A stretch of DNA of 63,543 nt from Octopus bimaculoides (lineage: Eukaryota). This document shows positions 26,480 through 40,885 of this stretch, piece after piece. Each line of letters starts with the position of its first letter. Positions within the stretch are counted from its first letter, which is position 1. The stretch is from contig NC_069004.1 in NCBI RefSeq assembly GCF_001194135.2, positions 32,118,580-32,182,122 of the forward strand. Direction: 5' to 3'. Position numbers and translations under genes: made by a program. The notes under the pieces were generated by a model. It had not been told where the DNA came from. It saw only the letters and a list, made by a program, of their open reading frames with translations, and searched no databases.

Positions 26480-26878
26480 ACCTAAATGGTTCTCAGTCAT
26501 ACATTAGTCTTATGGTATGATCTCTACAGCTGGATGCTCTTCCTATCACCAACCACTTCACAGAAGGTACAGGAGAAGGGGGTGCATTATACCATTGTAC
26601 CAAAACTAGAGCTGTTGCCATGTCCTCAGCCAAACTTATGGAACCTATTTTGTTTCTGCTCATTTGCCAATTCGTTTACAAAAGGCACTGGGTGCGTTTT
26701 ACCCACACCTGGGCACCAAACCATTAGTTAATCATTAATTAATGACATTAACATTTTTGTTAACAAGTTAACTTTGGAAATCATTATCACACTAATTAAC
26801 AGATTTTTTATATGCTAGGCCACTTGGTTTTAAATTGAATTAATACTCAATTTATCACCCTCTATATATAAATACATA

Positions 26879-26951
<73 letters not shown>

Positions 26952-28461
26952 ATACTTCAAAGCAATGCCCATTACCAAAATTTCCCAAGCAGGCTGTTCC
27001 ATTGATGAGACCACTTGAAATTGGTCATAACCAATGGCATGCCAGTCAAGCTGCCCTTCTATCACGTATCACACATCCTTCTCATCACATGTCCTTCTTA
27101 TCTCATCCATATCTCTTTACCACTCAAATATGTCTGTCGCTCTTACTGCAGTCACCAGTTAATCTATCACCCACGCATTTATCTCTTGTGCATCTCTCGC
27201 ACTCATCTTCCTGTTGTTCGTCTCTCAACCCTCCCCCCCTCCTCCTCTGCTCAGCCTCGCTAAACTATCTTTTATTTTTTCTCTCGCTTCATTCTTCAGA
27301 CTGCGGCCATGCTGGGGCACCACCTTGAAAGGTCAACCCTTTTAACATTCAGACTATTCTGTCAAATGTAAAGCCCGTCTATTCATGAGTCTTGTACCAG
27401 TGCTACATGAGAGCATTCATGTGGTGCCACATTAAAAGCACACAGCAAACTTTATAAAGAGGTTGATGTTAGGAAGAGTATCCTGGCTGGAGAGATCAAG
27501 CCAAATCAGGCTGGAACTTGATGCAGCTCCCCAGCTCTGGTCAAACTATCCAACCCATGCCAGCATGGAAAACGGATGATGAGGATGCATTATCCCATAG
27601 CTTCAATATTTCAATGATGTGGTTGTGTATATTTCGAATGGCATTTATAGAGTATATATGAGCAGCTGGACCTGGTCAGTTGGAATATAAATCAAGTAGA
27701 ATATTTGGGGTCAGAATTGGTCAGTTGAATTGCTGAAGGGTTAATCAGATAAATCAACTCCAATAATTGTTAAGTTAGGAACTCTTTTGCCAAACAGCTA
27801 TGTTACAGGGCATGTAAACAAACCAACACTGGTCATCAAGCAGTGGGAATAAGGGCAAACACAACACACACACATACATGCATGTACACACACACAGAGG
27901 CTTCTTTCAGTTTTCATCTTCCAAATCCAAGACATTGGTCAACCCTAGGCTATAATAGAAGACACTTGACCAATGTGCCATGTAGTGGGGCTGAACCAGG
28001 AACCATGCGGTTGGGAAGCATGCTTCTTACCACACAGCCACACCTGGGCCTACACAGACAGACAAAAAGTAAAACCAGCAAATGTACAAATACAGTCATC
28101 ATCATCATCACCATCAACACCATCACCATCACCATCACCATCAACATCACCATCAACATCACCATCATCATCACCATCATCATCACCATCATCACCAGTG
28201 TTTATAAGAATCCATTAAACGCAGGAATAAAACTTAATGTTTTATTCGTTATTTTCATGCCTTCCTTTTTTTAATTTAGAAGGCCCTCCCTCCCCTCACC
28301 AAATATGTGATGTGATGGCCCTAAGCAGGTGATACACCAGGCAACTGCCCCACTTGATGGTAACCTTCAACTCGCCTTGGTTCTATGCTGAACTTTATTA
28401 TGACAGAAAGCAGGATTCATGTCCTGTTTTCTGGCTCAAATCTTACATACACCCCACCCCA

Positions 28462-28496
<35 letters not shown>

Positions 28497-29345
28497 GATA
28501 TGTGCACACAAATGCATGCACGCATACACACACNNNNNNNNNNNNNNNNNNNNNNNNNNNNNNNNNNNNNNNNNNNNNNNNNNNNNNNNNNNNNNNNNNN
28601 NNNNNNNNNNNNNNNNNNNNNNNNNNNNNNNNNNNNNNNNNNNNNNNNNNNNNNNNNNNNNNNNNNNNNNNNNNNNNNNNNNNNNNNNNNNNNNNNNNNN
28701 NNNNNNNNNNNNNNNNNNNNNNNNNNNNNNNNNNNNNNNNNNNNNNNNNNNNNNNNNNNNNNNNNNNNNNNNNNNNNNNNNNNNNNNNNNNNNNNNNNNN
28801 NNNNNNNNNNNNNNNNNNNNNNNNNNNNNNNNNNNNNNNNNNNNNNNNNNNNNNNNNNNNNNNNNNNNNNNNNNNNNNNNNNNNNNNNNNNNNNNNNNNN
28901 NNNNNNNNNNNNNNNNNNNNNNNNNNNNNNNNNNNNNNNNNNNNNNNNNNNNNNNNNNNNNNNNNNNNNNNNNNNNNNNNNNNNNNNNNNNNNNNNNNNN
29001 NNNNNNNNNNNNNNNNNNNNNNNNNNNNNNNNNNNNNNNNNNNNNNNNNNNNNNNNNNNNNNNNNNNNNNNNNNNNNNNNNNNNNNNNNNNNNNNNNNNN
29101 NNNNNNNNNNNNNNNNNNNNNNNNNNNNNNNNNNNNNNNNNNNNNNNNNNNNNNNNNNNNNNNNNNNNNNNNNNNNNNNNNNNNNNNNNNNNNNNNNNNN
29201 NNNNNNNNNNNNNNNNNNNNNNNNNNNNNNNNNNNNNNNNNNNNNNNNNNNNNNNNNNNNNNNNNNNNNNNNNNNNNNTTCACAAGCAGGCTGTTCCTCG
29301 TCGTCACAACTGACAGAGTGCCACGACATATATATTGTATGTATG

Positions 29346-29387
<42 letters not shown>

Positions 29388-29465
29388 CACAATGTAGACA
29401 TGCATGTATGTTTATTATATATATATATATACATATTTCCCAGCATAGAAAACAAACATTAAATA

Positions 29466-29868
29466 GGAGCAGGCATGGCTGTGTGGTAAGAAGATTGCTT
29501 TCTAACCACATGGTTCCGGGTTCAATCCCACTGTGTAGCACCTTGGGCAAGTGTCTTCTACTATAGCCTCAGGCCAACCAAAGCCTTGTGAGAGTTTAGG
29601 AGATGGAAACTGAAAGAAGCCCATCACACGCACATATATATGTGTGTGTTTTTCTGGCTGTTTGTTCCCCACCATCACCACTTGACAACCAGCGTTGGTG
29701 TGTTTATGTCCCTGTAACTTAGCAGTTGCGGCAAAAAGAGATCTATAGAAAAAGTACCAGGCTTTAAAAAGAAAATGTGGGGTCAAATTGTTCGACTGAA
29801 ACCTTTCAAAGCGGTGCTCCAGCATGGCCGCAGTCAACTGACTGAAAGCAAGTGAAAGAATGAAAGAA
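29466..29868 (+). mobile_element. tRNA-derived CORE-like SINE (family A)
   Basis: Head GGCATGGCTGTGTGGTAAG...GGTTCAATCCC, CORE-like CCTTGGGCAAGT, conserved 3' part. Other plus copies or fragments at about 5665-5885, 11393-11480, 22118-22300, 33183-33505 and 60090-60470. Confidence 0.85.
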
Positions 29869-30094
29869 CAGACACACACTTGCAAACGTTTGGCTGTACA
29901 AACAGAAGGCAATGTACTTCCACACGTCATAGAGGCCATCTGTTCATTCACAGCTAATGACTCACTTTGGCACTTATCAGATTTTCTGGTTACAATGCGA
30001 AACTGTCACCACATTGGCAGAAACAAAACTTGGCAGCGACAGAATGGAAACCATAACCTTCAAACAGATACAACATATTATATTATATTACTTT

Positions 30095-30345
30095 TTTACA
30101 CTTCTACTTGTTTCAGTCATTTGACTGTGGCCATGCTGGAGCACTGCCTTTAGTCGAGCAAATCGACCCCAGGACTTATTCATTGTAAGCCTAGTACTTT
30201 TTCTATTGGTCTCTTTTTGCCGAACCTCTAAGTTACAGGGACATAAACACACCAGCATCGGTTNNNNNNNNNNNNNNNNNNNNNNNNNNNNNNNNNNNNN
30301 NNNNNNNNNNNNNNNNNNNNNNNNNNNNNNNNNNNNNNNNNNNNN

Positions 30346-30380
<35 letters not shown>

Positions 30381-30540
30381 TACGACAGGCTTCTTTCAGT
30401 TTCCGCCTACCAAATCCACTCACAAGGCTTCGGTTGGCCCGAGGCTATAGTATAAGACACTTGCCCAAGGTGCCACGCAGTGGGACTAAACCCGGAACCA
30501 TGTGGTTGGTAAGCAAGCTACTTACCACACAGCCACTCCT
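30095..30540 (-). mobile_element. Family A SINE, minus orientation
   Basis: Reverse complement of the 29466 copy. Other minus copies at about 2760-2990, 24262-24505, 27795-28050, 32430-32600, 32998-33155, 39610-39760, 46045-46215, 49115-49410 and 49415-49775; mixed fragments at 40930-41240. Confidence 0.85.
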
Positions 30541-31729
30541 ATATATATTTTTATTATGTGAAGGTGCATGGCATAGTGGTTAGGTTGTTGCACTCACAAT
30601 CGCTAGTTTGTGGGTTTGATTCCATGACTGGGCAACACTTCATTTCACGTTGCTCCAGTCCCCCCCCCTTCGATCAGGGAGGAATGTTGGCCTGCTTGCC
30701 TAGCCAGTGGAAGAAGGGGCGTCATTTGGAGGCTGAAACAATGCAAAAAGCGCATTGTGACCAGCGATGTGTAATACCGTCTGATAGTCCGGTCGGTCAC
30801 GTGACGTGATCACGTGATATATATTATATTATATTAGTTTCAAATTTTGGCACAGGGTCTGCAATTTCGTGGAGAGGCCAAGTCGATTACATCGACTCCA
30901 GTGCGCAAGTAATACTTATTTTACCGACCCCCGAAAGGATAAAAAGCAAAATCGACCCCCGCTGCTATTTGAACTCATAATGTAAAGTCGGAAGAAACGC
31001 CGCTCAGCATTTTCCCTGGCGCGGTAACGCTTCTGCCAGCTCGCCACTACTACATTATTTTTCGGTAGTTCTGTTTTCAGGGGAGACTACTCAGAGCGTA
31101 CAAACTGCTTACACACACACACTGATTGCTCCATCTTCACAGATCGTTGGCATCTGGTGCTTCCCCATTGTCGATAACTTTCTTACTTTCCATTTTATGA
31201 CCTTTCGAATGACTATTCAGCCTGACCGCAGATCCTTATGGTTTGAAGCACAGAGGTGACACACGAACGCTGTAGCTTCCAACTGGTTAGGTCTGTACCA
31301 GTCGCCACTCTTCCATTGCCACTGGACTTCCAGTGAATGGAATGACAAGTGAGGTCACCTCAAACAGACGTCTGTACGTCACTGGACTAGAGTGATAAAC
31401 GCTTCTACAACACAAGTACCATTCTCTAAAGCAGTGCTTCTCAACCTGTTTACCCTTGCGTAACCCTTAAAATATATTACGCCTCAAGGAACCCCTACAC
31501 AAAAAAAAAATTATATACCATATCTTTCTCATATTTTTTTTCATCGTAGTTCACGCAGTAAATATCACACACACACACATATCATATATATGTTTTGCTG
31601 AACTGCTACGTTACGGGGACGTAAACACACCAGTATCGGCTGTCGAGCGATGTATGTATGTATATCCTGTCCTCGTCTGTTGTTATTATTTGTATATTCT
31701 CCCATATATATATATATATNNNNNNNNNN

Positions 31730-31771
<42 letters not shown>

Positions 31772-32625
31772 CACATGCATACATACATCGAATGGTTATG
31801 GGGGTCCAGTGGAGTAAAATAGGAACCAAACGGGTTCATAGGCACAAAACGGTTGAGAAACTCTGATCTGCACCGTATGTCCACGGGTACATATTTTAAC
31901 AGAATGTCGATGGCACGTCCGGTAAGTTCACCGTCGTCAATTCAGTATTTTTTTTTCTTGTTTTTATTTTTTTTTTTTAAATAAAATAGCTTTTAACTAT
32001 TAATGGCGAGATACTATGGATATATTTTCTCGGCGAACTTTCCTCGCGGATACGATACACACACGCAACACACGGGCTTCTGAATTGCTATGTAGGGGAG
32101 TTAACTCCTTCCTCTTTCTAATAAGAATTACGTCAGCTTCACTTCAATATCTCCGAGACGTTGGTGAAAATATGGACGTGTGCTTTATCCCATAGGTTCC
32201 CAGAGTGGGCGCTACCGCCCCCCGGTGGGCGTTGAGAGGGTCCAGGTAAGCGCTGGTGTCTAAGGGGGCGGTAGAGAAAAAGGAAGCATTGGATGGGGGG
32301 ACGCTTATGAATATATAATATTATAGTATTGTATACAAATTATATGAAATATTAAATATTAAATGATTCATAGTTTATATAGATTAGTTAAATATCGAAT
32401 TTTTATTTATACATACGTATGTACATAATATATCTTTTAACTCTTACTTGTTTTTGTCATTCGATTGAGGCCATGCTGGGGCACTGCCTTGAAGTTCGAA
32501 CAAGTTAACCCCAGTAATTATTTCTTTAAAGTCTACTGCTGGACTGCTCCATGACATGGACGTAAACAAACCAACACTGGTTATCAAGTGGTAGTGTGAA
32601 GCAAACACACACACACACATATATA

Positions 32626-32889
32626 CAGGGTGTTCAAAACGTCTCTCCGCAGTAAGTATTTTTATTGCAAACTAAATATTTATAAGATGGTATAAGAAGA
32701 CTGAAAGAATATATTAGACTTTACAAGACTTTAAAAAAACTTTATAAGAGGTATTGAAAGTGTCGTCCTTCATTTTCAATACAGAAGTTGACTCTTCTAC
32801 ACATGTTTTGAAATACACCTTGGAGAGTCTGACTCTTGAAGAGTCGGAATGAAAACAATTCACTGCGGAGAGACCTTTTGAACACCCTG
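32626..32889. mobile_element. Tc1-type MITE (264 bp)
   Basis: TIRs CAGGGTGTTCAAAACGTCTCTCCGCAGT and ACTGCGGAGAGACCTTTTGAACACCCTG, in a TA-rich site. Confidence 0.8.
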
Positions 32890-33829
32890 GATATATATAT
32901 ATATAGTTTTCTTAATAATTAAACAAATTACACAACAGAAAATTCGTTGCTAATTCCTCATCAGTCAACGTCCAAAAGATTCTTACAATTTCTTGACAGC
33001 TTCTTTCAGTTTCCAAGAAATGAATCCACTCACAAGACTTTTGGTCAGTCCAGGACAACAGTAGAAATCACTTGCTCAAGGTGCCATACAGTGGGACTGA
33101 ACCCAGAACCATGTGGCTGAGAAGCAAGGTTCTCAACCACACAGCCATACCTGTGCAATATATATATATATATATATATATAGGTGCAGGACCAACTGTA
33201 TGGTTCTGGGTTCAGTCCCACTGCATGACACCTTGAGGCAAGTGTCTTCTATTTTAGCCTAGGACCAACCAAAGCCTTGTGATTGGATTTGTAGACGGAA
33301 ACTGAAAGAAGCCCGTCGTGTATATGTATGTATGTACGAATGTATTTGTGTCTGTTTGTCCCCACCAACATCACTTGACAACCGATGTTGGTGTGTTTAC
33401 ATCCCCATAACTTAGTGGTTCGGCAAAATAATCTGATAGAATAAGTACTAAGCTTATAAAGAATAAGTCTTGTCCATAGTCAAATGACTGAAAGTAGTAA
33501 AAACAATACACACACACACATGCATACTCAGGTGCTAATATGTCTGTGTGGGTCAGGAATTTGCCACAAGATGCCTAACCCCTGGTCTTCCTTCAACTAA
33601 AGCAAGGGTTCTCAACCAGTTTTTACCTATGGACCCCTTTGATTACTATTTTATTCTGGTGGACTCCCATAACCATTTGATGTTTAAAAACTAGTTTTAT
33701 AGAAACTTCTTTCAAAAAAATTCCCATTTCGTTTTGCACACATTAACTCAAGTGGGTTGAACTATGGAAAACGACAGAGAAAGAACCCTCACAGTTGTTT
33801 CTTGCTATACACTCTAATACATACATCCA

Positions 33830-34245
33830 AAAAGGCGGTAAGCTGGCAGAAACGTTAGCACGCTGGATGAAGTGATTAGCAGTATTTTGTCTGCTGTTAC
33901 ATTCTGAGTTCAAATTCCGCCGAGGTCAACTTTGCCTTTCATCCTTTCGGGGTAGATAAATTAAGTACTAGTACCAGTTACGCACTGGGGTCTATGTAAT
34001 CGACTTAATCCCTTTGTCTGTCCTTGTTTGTCCCCTCTATGTTTAGCCCCTTGTGGGCAATAAAGAAATAAGAAACATTAGCACGCCGGGTGAAATGCTT
34101 AGCGGTATTTCATCAACCACTACATTCTGAGTTCGAATTCCGCTGAGGTTGACTTTGCTTTCATCCTTTCGGGGTCAATAAATTAAGTACCAGTTGCATA
34201 CTGGGATTGATCTGACTGACTTGCCCCCTCCCCCAAAATTTCCCA
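33830..34245 (+). mobile_element. Two tandem copies of tRNA-derived SINE family C
   Basis: GAGCTGGCAGAA...GAGTTCAAATTCC head plus GTCGACTTTGCCTTTCATCCTTTCGGGGTC core. Other copies at about 975-1095, 9295-9630, 14860-15000, 15450-15800, 16480-16650, 30840-31050, 37530-37800, 38455-39000 and 58673-58880. Confidence 0.8.
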
Positions 34246-35649
34246 ATGCATACCGGCCTCCCCTCTCCATGTCACCAATGTTATCCAAGGGAAAGGCAAA
34301 GGGGCCGATACAGCTTGGCACCTGTGACGTCGCAACTCATTTCTACAGCTGAGTGAACTGGAGCAACGTGAAGTAAAGTGTCTTGCTCAAGAACACAACA
34401 CGCAGCCTGGTCAGGGATTCAAACTCACAACCTCACGATTGTAAGCTCGATGCTCTAACCACTGAGCCATATGCCTTCACAAATGTATATATGGACATAT
34501 AATACACATACATACACTGTCCAACCGATGCTAGCATGGAAAACGGATGTTGAAGGATGATGATGATGATGATATACACAGACACACATACCATCATCAT
34601 CATCATTGTTTAACATCCGCCTTCCATGCTGGCATGGGTTGGATAGTTTGACAGGAGTTGTCCAAGCAGAAGCCTGCACCAGGCCACTGTCTCTGTTTTG
34701 GCAAGGTTTTTACAGCTGGATGCCCTTCCTAACACCAAAACAAATCTCATACACATATACACACACATACACACATTCATACAGATATATGCATATACTC
34801 ACACACACATTCATTCATATATACATATACAAACACAAACATATACACACATACATACACAAACAACACATAGACTCTCACACACACACATTATGCAAGA
34901 AAGTTTCTAATATATCTATAATATTTAGATGGATGTTTATATATATTATATTACAGTATATATATATATATTACATTTACATGGATGGCTGTACTTTTTA
35001 CAAATTCTCAAGGCCAAAGGTATCACCAGGAGCAACAATAGACGAACAGACAGACAATCAGTCAAACAGACAGACAGGTTGGCAAACCGTTAACAGCAAA
35101 CACAAAAACACAGAGGTCATGGCCAACCTATACATATACATATGTCAAGGTCACTCAAAACATGGATACAAACGCACATACACACACATCACTTCCTAGA
35201 TATGCATGCAGAACATATCACATCATAAACATATACATGCAAGCACACACATGCGTGCACACATACACACAACATCACAAAATGTATGCATGATATACAG
35301 ATACAAAGCGGTATGCATACATGCATACAAACACACTTCATAATAGGTTAACACACACACACACATACCACAAAGAAGACTCAAAGAAATATACATGCCA
35401 TCACATACATATGTGTGTGTGTGTGTGTGTGTGTGTATAGGAATATACATACAGTGATACAGAAAATACACATATGTACACACACACATATATAAAATAG
35501 GAAACACATATAGATAGACAGATAGAGAGAGACAGACAGACAGACAAACATATAGGCAGAGAGATAATTACATAGATAGATATATAGATAGATAAATATA
35601 TAGATAGATAGATAGACAAATATACATATACATAACCATAAAGGCCTAC

Positions 35650-35713
<64 letters not shown>

Positions 35714-35802
35714 GTACACGTACACACACACAGGTGCTTGCACACACACACACACGGATGTATAGAAAGGCCAAATGCAAAGAGGTTACAATCGACACTC
35801 AC

Positions 35803-35832
35803 TTGGTGGCTAAAGAAGCAACAACTTCTCAT
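35803..35832 (-). CDS. Candidate alternative first coding segment MRSCCFFSHQ
   Basis: ATG with A at -3, in-frame stop shortly upstream (35844-35842), 10 codons, then CAA|GTGAGT donor in phase 0. A possible acceptor (long pyrimidine tract, CCCCAG|C) at 36317|36316 would give a 514-nt exon. Confidence 0.3.
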
Positions 35833-36447
35833 TCTACGCCATTATTAGCAGAGCGAAGCTGCTAGCTGTAATCACTGGGTAGCAGGATCAAACCCAGCTG
35901 ATTGCACGCCATCATCCTGTAGCACGAACAATTTCAGCCTGTTCCGCACAGACAGACAAACTTAAGTGTTCTTCTGTCTTTCTGTCGTTTATTTTTTTTT
36001 TTTCTTCTTCTTTCAGCCTGTCTTTTTTTTTTACGTTTGCTATTGTTTGTTGTTGTTGTTGCTGTTGCTGTTGGCGATGCTGGTGGTGGTGTAATTTGTA
36101 ACTTGGCTCCTACAATAACAATAACGACGACAACAACAACAACAACAACAGCAACAATAACAGCAGCAGAACAACAGGAATGAAGTAGAAAGTTCCAGCT
36201 AGCAACCGCTAAAACAATTGTACTTTCTACAGCTGATACCCGGGGTAGCTGGGTTGTCGAGTGGGTAGGTTCAGGGTATGCCAGGTCAGGTCATGTCAGA
36301 TCAGATGAGAGCAGGGCTGGGGTGATGGAGGAAAGGTGGAGAGAAGAGAGGGAAGGAACGGGTAGACTTGTTTCTTTTTATTACTTTTTTTTTTACTTAT
36401 TTTTTGTTCATTTCATTCTGTTTCATATTTTGGATACACACACACAC

Positions 36448-36478
<31 letters not shown>

Positions 36479-36523
36479 TATATATACATAGGCACCCAAA
36501 CACAAGGACACACATACGGATGA

Positions 36524-36595
<72 letters not shown>

Positions 36596-38234
36596 TGTAC
36601 AAAGGAAATATAATGAAGAGATACACAACCACATGCACACATTCATTAAAGAGAGAGATCTGTATCATAAGCACAGAAATATGAGCAAGTGTGTTTAGAG
36701 CTTGTGTGTATATGTGCATGTGTATATATGTGCATGTGTGTAGAAAATGAAAGAGAGAGAGAGAGATACATTCATTCACACACATCTCATTCATCACACA
36801 CACACACACACACTCTTCATTCTCTCAACACATTTCACATACATATATATACACACACATACACACGCACATAGACACACATACACATACATATATCTCT
36901 TTCTTACCTCTCATGCAAACACATATATACACCACACACACACACCATTTTCTCATCACTTACATAACTCATTCCTCATCACACACACACACACACACAC
37001 ATTCTTTCATGACACACTCACACGCACACACATACTGTCGTTTTCTCATCACCTCCACTCCTTATCACATACACATTCTCTCTCTCTGTCTCACAGACAC
37101 ACACACACACACACACACACGTCACATATAAACAGACAGACACGTTCGCATCACATGCAGAGGAAAGAAGAAAAAAATTATACATTGCAAATAATGAAAA
37201 ATAACAAAAAAAAAAGAAAGAAATACAACAAATAAACCAAAAAAAAAAATACACATAAAAACAGAACAAAACCATGAAAGAAAAACAAAAAAGAATATGA
37301 ACAAAAACTATGAAACAAAACAGTTTAGCAGCAACATCAGGTAGAATAGGGGGGTAGGGGTAGGTACCACTAAAATGACTTAGCTTACCTGGCAGAGCAA
37401 TCAGTGGGCAACAGGTAGGAAAACGATAGCTAGCTTCACCCTCTCAAGATAGTTGCCTTAAAGTACAAATAGCAGCTAAATCTCCCTCAAATCACATGAT
37501 CAGAGTCTTAAGAAAATAATAACAATGGTAATTTTCTTTTCTACTATAGGCACAAGGCCTGGAATTTTGAGGGGAGGGGACTAGTCAATTACATTGACGC
37601 CCCCCCCCCCCAGTACTCGACTGGTAATTAGTTTATCAACCCCTGAAAGGATGAAAGACAAAGCCAACCCCAGCGGAATTTGAACTCAGAATGTAGGGAC
37701 GAAATACTGCTAAGCATTTCGCCCAGTGTGCTAACATTCAGAATGTAAAGACAGAAGAAATGCTGCTAAGCAATTTGTCCAACACAGTAATGGTTCTGCC
37801 AGTTTTGCCACCACAGATTTGCTTGACCTTAACCAGTTGAGCATGTCCCTTGGTCGCTGACAATATGTGCATCTCTGATCATAAGCAGATGTAGTGGGGG
37901 AGCATCATAGCCATGTGTTGAGAGGAATTCTTTGGCGTTTGGATAATTCATTTCTGGAAACATGGGTGTTTCGTTCAACATCCCTAAACAAACCTTATTC
38001 AGGGACCTTTTGAGTGGAATGGACTACTCGACTTGAAGAAGAAAATTCTAACTGGGCCCCCACCTGCAAGGTCATGCACTGTTTATCTTGATATGAGATC
38101 ACCATGTCACACGCATATGGTTGTGATGCATGGGCCTGGTGTACCCTTATCAGAGAGGTAGTCATGATGGGTATACTGGACTTCATATATTTTACCCCGG
38201 TGTCAATTTGATGGCATACACTGCTCTCTCACTC

Positions 38235-38271
<37 letters not shown>

Positions 38272-39538
38272 GCCTTGATGCAGTACCAGGCAGTGGCTCT
38301 CATGGCTTCTGATCCTAAATAATCAGAAATATTAACATGTACATGTTTCATTTTGGTGTAAAAAATGGGCTACAGCAAATATTCTGCTAAACTTGGTATT
38401 GACACCCTTCACTCCTCAGACTTTCTGGCCTGGTGCTAAATCAAAAGCTATTATCAAAGGCATTGAGCTGGTAGAACTGTTAGCATGACAAAAAAAAATG
38501 CTTAGCAGTATTTTGTCCATCTTTATATTCATCGTCGTTTAACATCCGCTTTCCATGCTAGCATGGGTTGGACGATTTGACTGAGTACTGGTGAAACCAG
38601 ATGGCTACACCAGGCTCCAATCTGATTTGGCAGAGTTTCTACAGCTGGATGCCCTTCCTAACACCAACCACTCCGAGAGTGTAGTGGGTGCTTTTACATG
38701 CCACCGGCATGAAGGCCAGTCAGGCAATACTGGCAATGGCCATGCTCGAAGTGGTGTATTTTACATGCCACCCGCACAAGAGCCAGTCCAAGGGCACTGG
38801 CAACGATCTCGCTCAAATGTCTTTTCACGTGCCAGGAAGGCACCTAAGTTCAAATTCTGCCAAGGTCATTTTAGCCCTTCATCCTTTCAGGGTCAATGAA
38901 ATAAGTACCAGTTATGTATTGGGGTCAAAGTAATTGACTAGCTGCCCCCATCGAAATTACAGGCCTTGTGGCTATAGTAGAAAGGATTATTATTATTATC
39001 ATCATCATCATTATTACTAGTCATTATGCTGCCGGGTAACGACCTAATCAAGTTGAAATAGATCCTTCAGCTGAAGCCTACGACAATAACATTGATAAGC
39101 TCAACAACAACCGGTCATTATGATGAGAGTCTTTTTTTAAAGACTGTTGCGTTGTCAGTATGGTGAAAGACAAACACACACACAGAAATACACACAAACG
39201 ACAACAAAAACTGGTGTGTGTGTGTGTATTTGGTATTTATTCCATCAGCCTCTTTCTGCTGAATCACTAACTTAGAGGGACATAAACAAACCAACACGGG
39301 TTGTCAAACGGCAGAGGGGAGAGCACAGGAAAACCTAAAGACACCCATTATATACAGACATATCATCATCATTATTTAACGTCCGTTGTCCATGCTAGTA
39401 TGGGTTGGACAGTTTGATCAAGGCTGGTAAGCTGGAAGGCTGCACCAGACTCCAGTCTGATTTGGCATGGTTTTCTATGGCTGGATGCCCTTCCTTACAC
39501 CAACCACTCCAACACACACACACGTGTGTGTGTGTGTG

Positions 39539-39569
<31 letters not shown>

Positions 39570-39964
39570 TTATATGGATAGATAGAAAGATAGATAGATA
39601 GATAGATAGGCTTCTTTCAGTTTCCATCAACCAAATCCATTCACAAAGGTTTAGTTGGCCCAAGGCTATAGAAGAAACTTTACCAAGGTGCCGCACAGTG
39701 GGACTGAACCCAGAACCAGGTGGTTGGGAAGCTAACTTCTTACCTCACAGTCATACACCTGTGTGTGTGTGTGTGCGTGCGTGCATGTGTTGATTTATGT
39801 CAAACCAAGCGGTGAGTAGTGCTCAATACATGTAGAGGATATGATTTTTATCAAAATTGAAAGTTTATGTTGTGGATGTGAAGCTAGAATCTATGGGTGA
39901 GTGTGTGTGTGTGCGTGCGTGCATGTATGTATTGGGGGTGTATGTGAGTATATGTGTGTATACG

Positions 39965-39999
<35 letters not shown>

Positions 40000-40175
40000 A
40001 GACAAAGCTGCTGTTTTGTGTATGTGTGAGTGTTAGAACAATACATCCAAGTACATAGTGGGGGGGGGGGAGAAAGAAAGAAAGGAAGAATGTCTGATGA
40101 TGGAACGGTTTTGTTGGTGAGAAATCTAGGTTGGCTGATGTCCAGAGATTAGAATACCATCGAATGAGATGACAG

Positions 40176-40214
<39 letters not shown>

Positions 40215-40845
40215 GAAGAGAGAGAACAGGCCTAGTACTGGAGAATATAAATGTAATTCTATCAGTTAGCAATTGCCTCAAACAGACAGACACAGCTGTA
40301 TGGCGAGTGAAGACTATTGTAGATAGATAGAGAGAGAGAGAGAGGGAGATAGATGTAGATATATAGATGGGTTGAGGAAGAAAGAGAGAGAGAGATTGTT
40401 GATAAGTAGGTTGGGAGGTTGGTTTAGAAATAGACAACCGGGTGGGTGGATGGATAGAAGAGATAAATAGGTGGAAGGATAGATAAACAGACAAGATAGA
40501 TAAATGGATGGATGGATGGGAGAGTGGAAGTGTTCGGGTGGGACTGGGGGCATAGATTAGTGGGTGGACAGACAGATAGATAGATAGACAGACAGACAGA
40601 TACATGCATGCATGCATACATACATATATAGACGGAAAGATAGATAGATGGATGGCTGGCTATAGACAGACAGACAGATAGATAGATATAAAGATAGACA
40701 GACAGATAGATAGATAGACAGATAGATAGATAGACAGATATAAAGACAGACAAATATAAAGACAGACAGACAAACAATTGGGTGAAGGAGATACACTATG
40801 AACCATGGGTCAGCAACTTCATTTAGTAATGACTTTCTCTTGATA

Positions 40846-40885
<40 letters not shown>

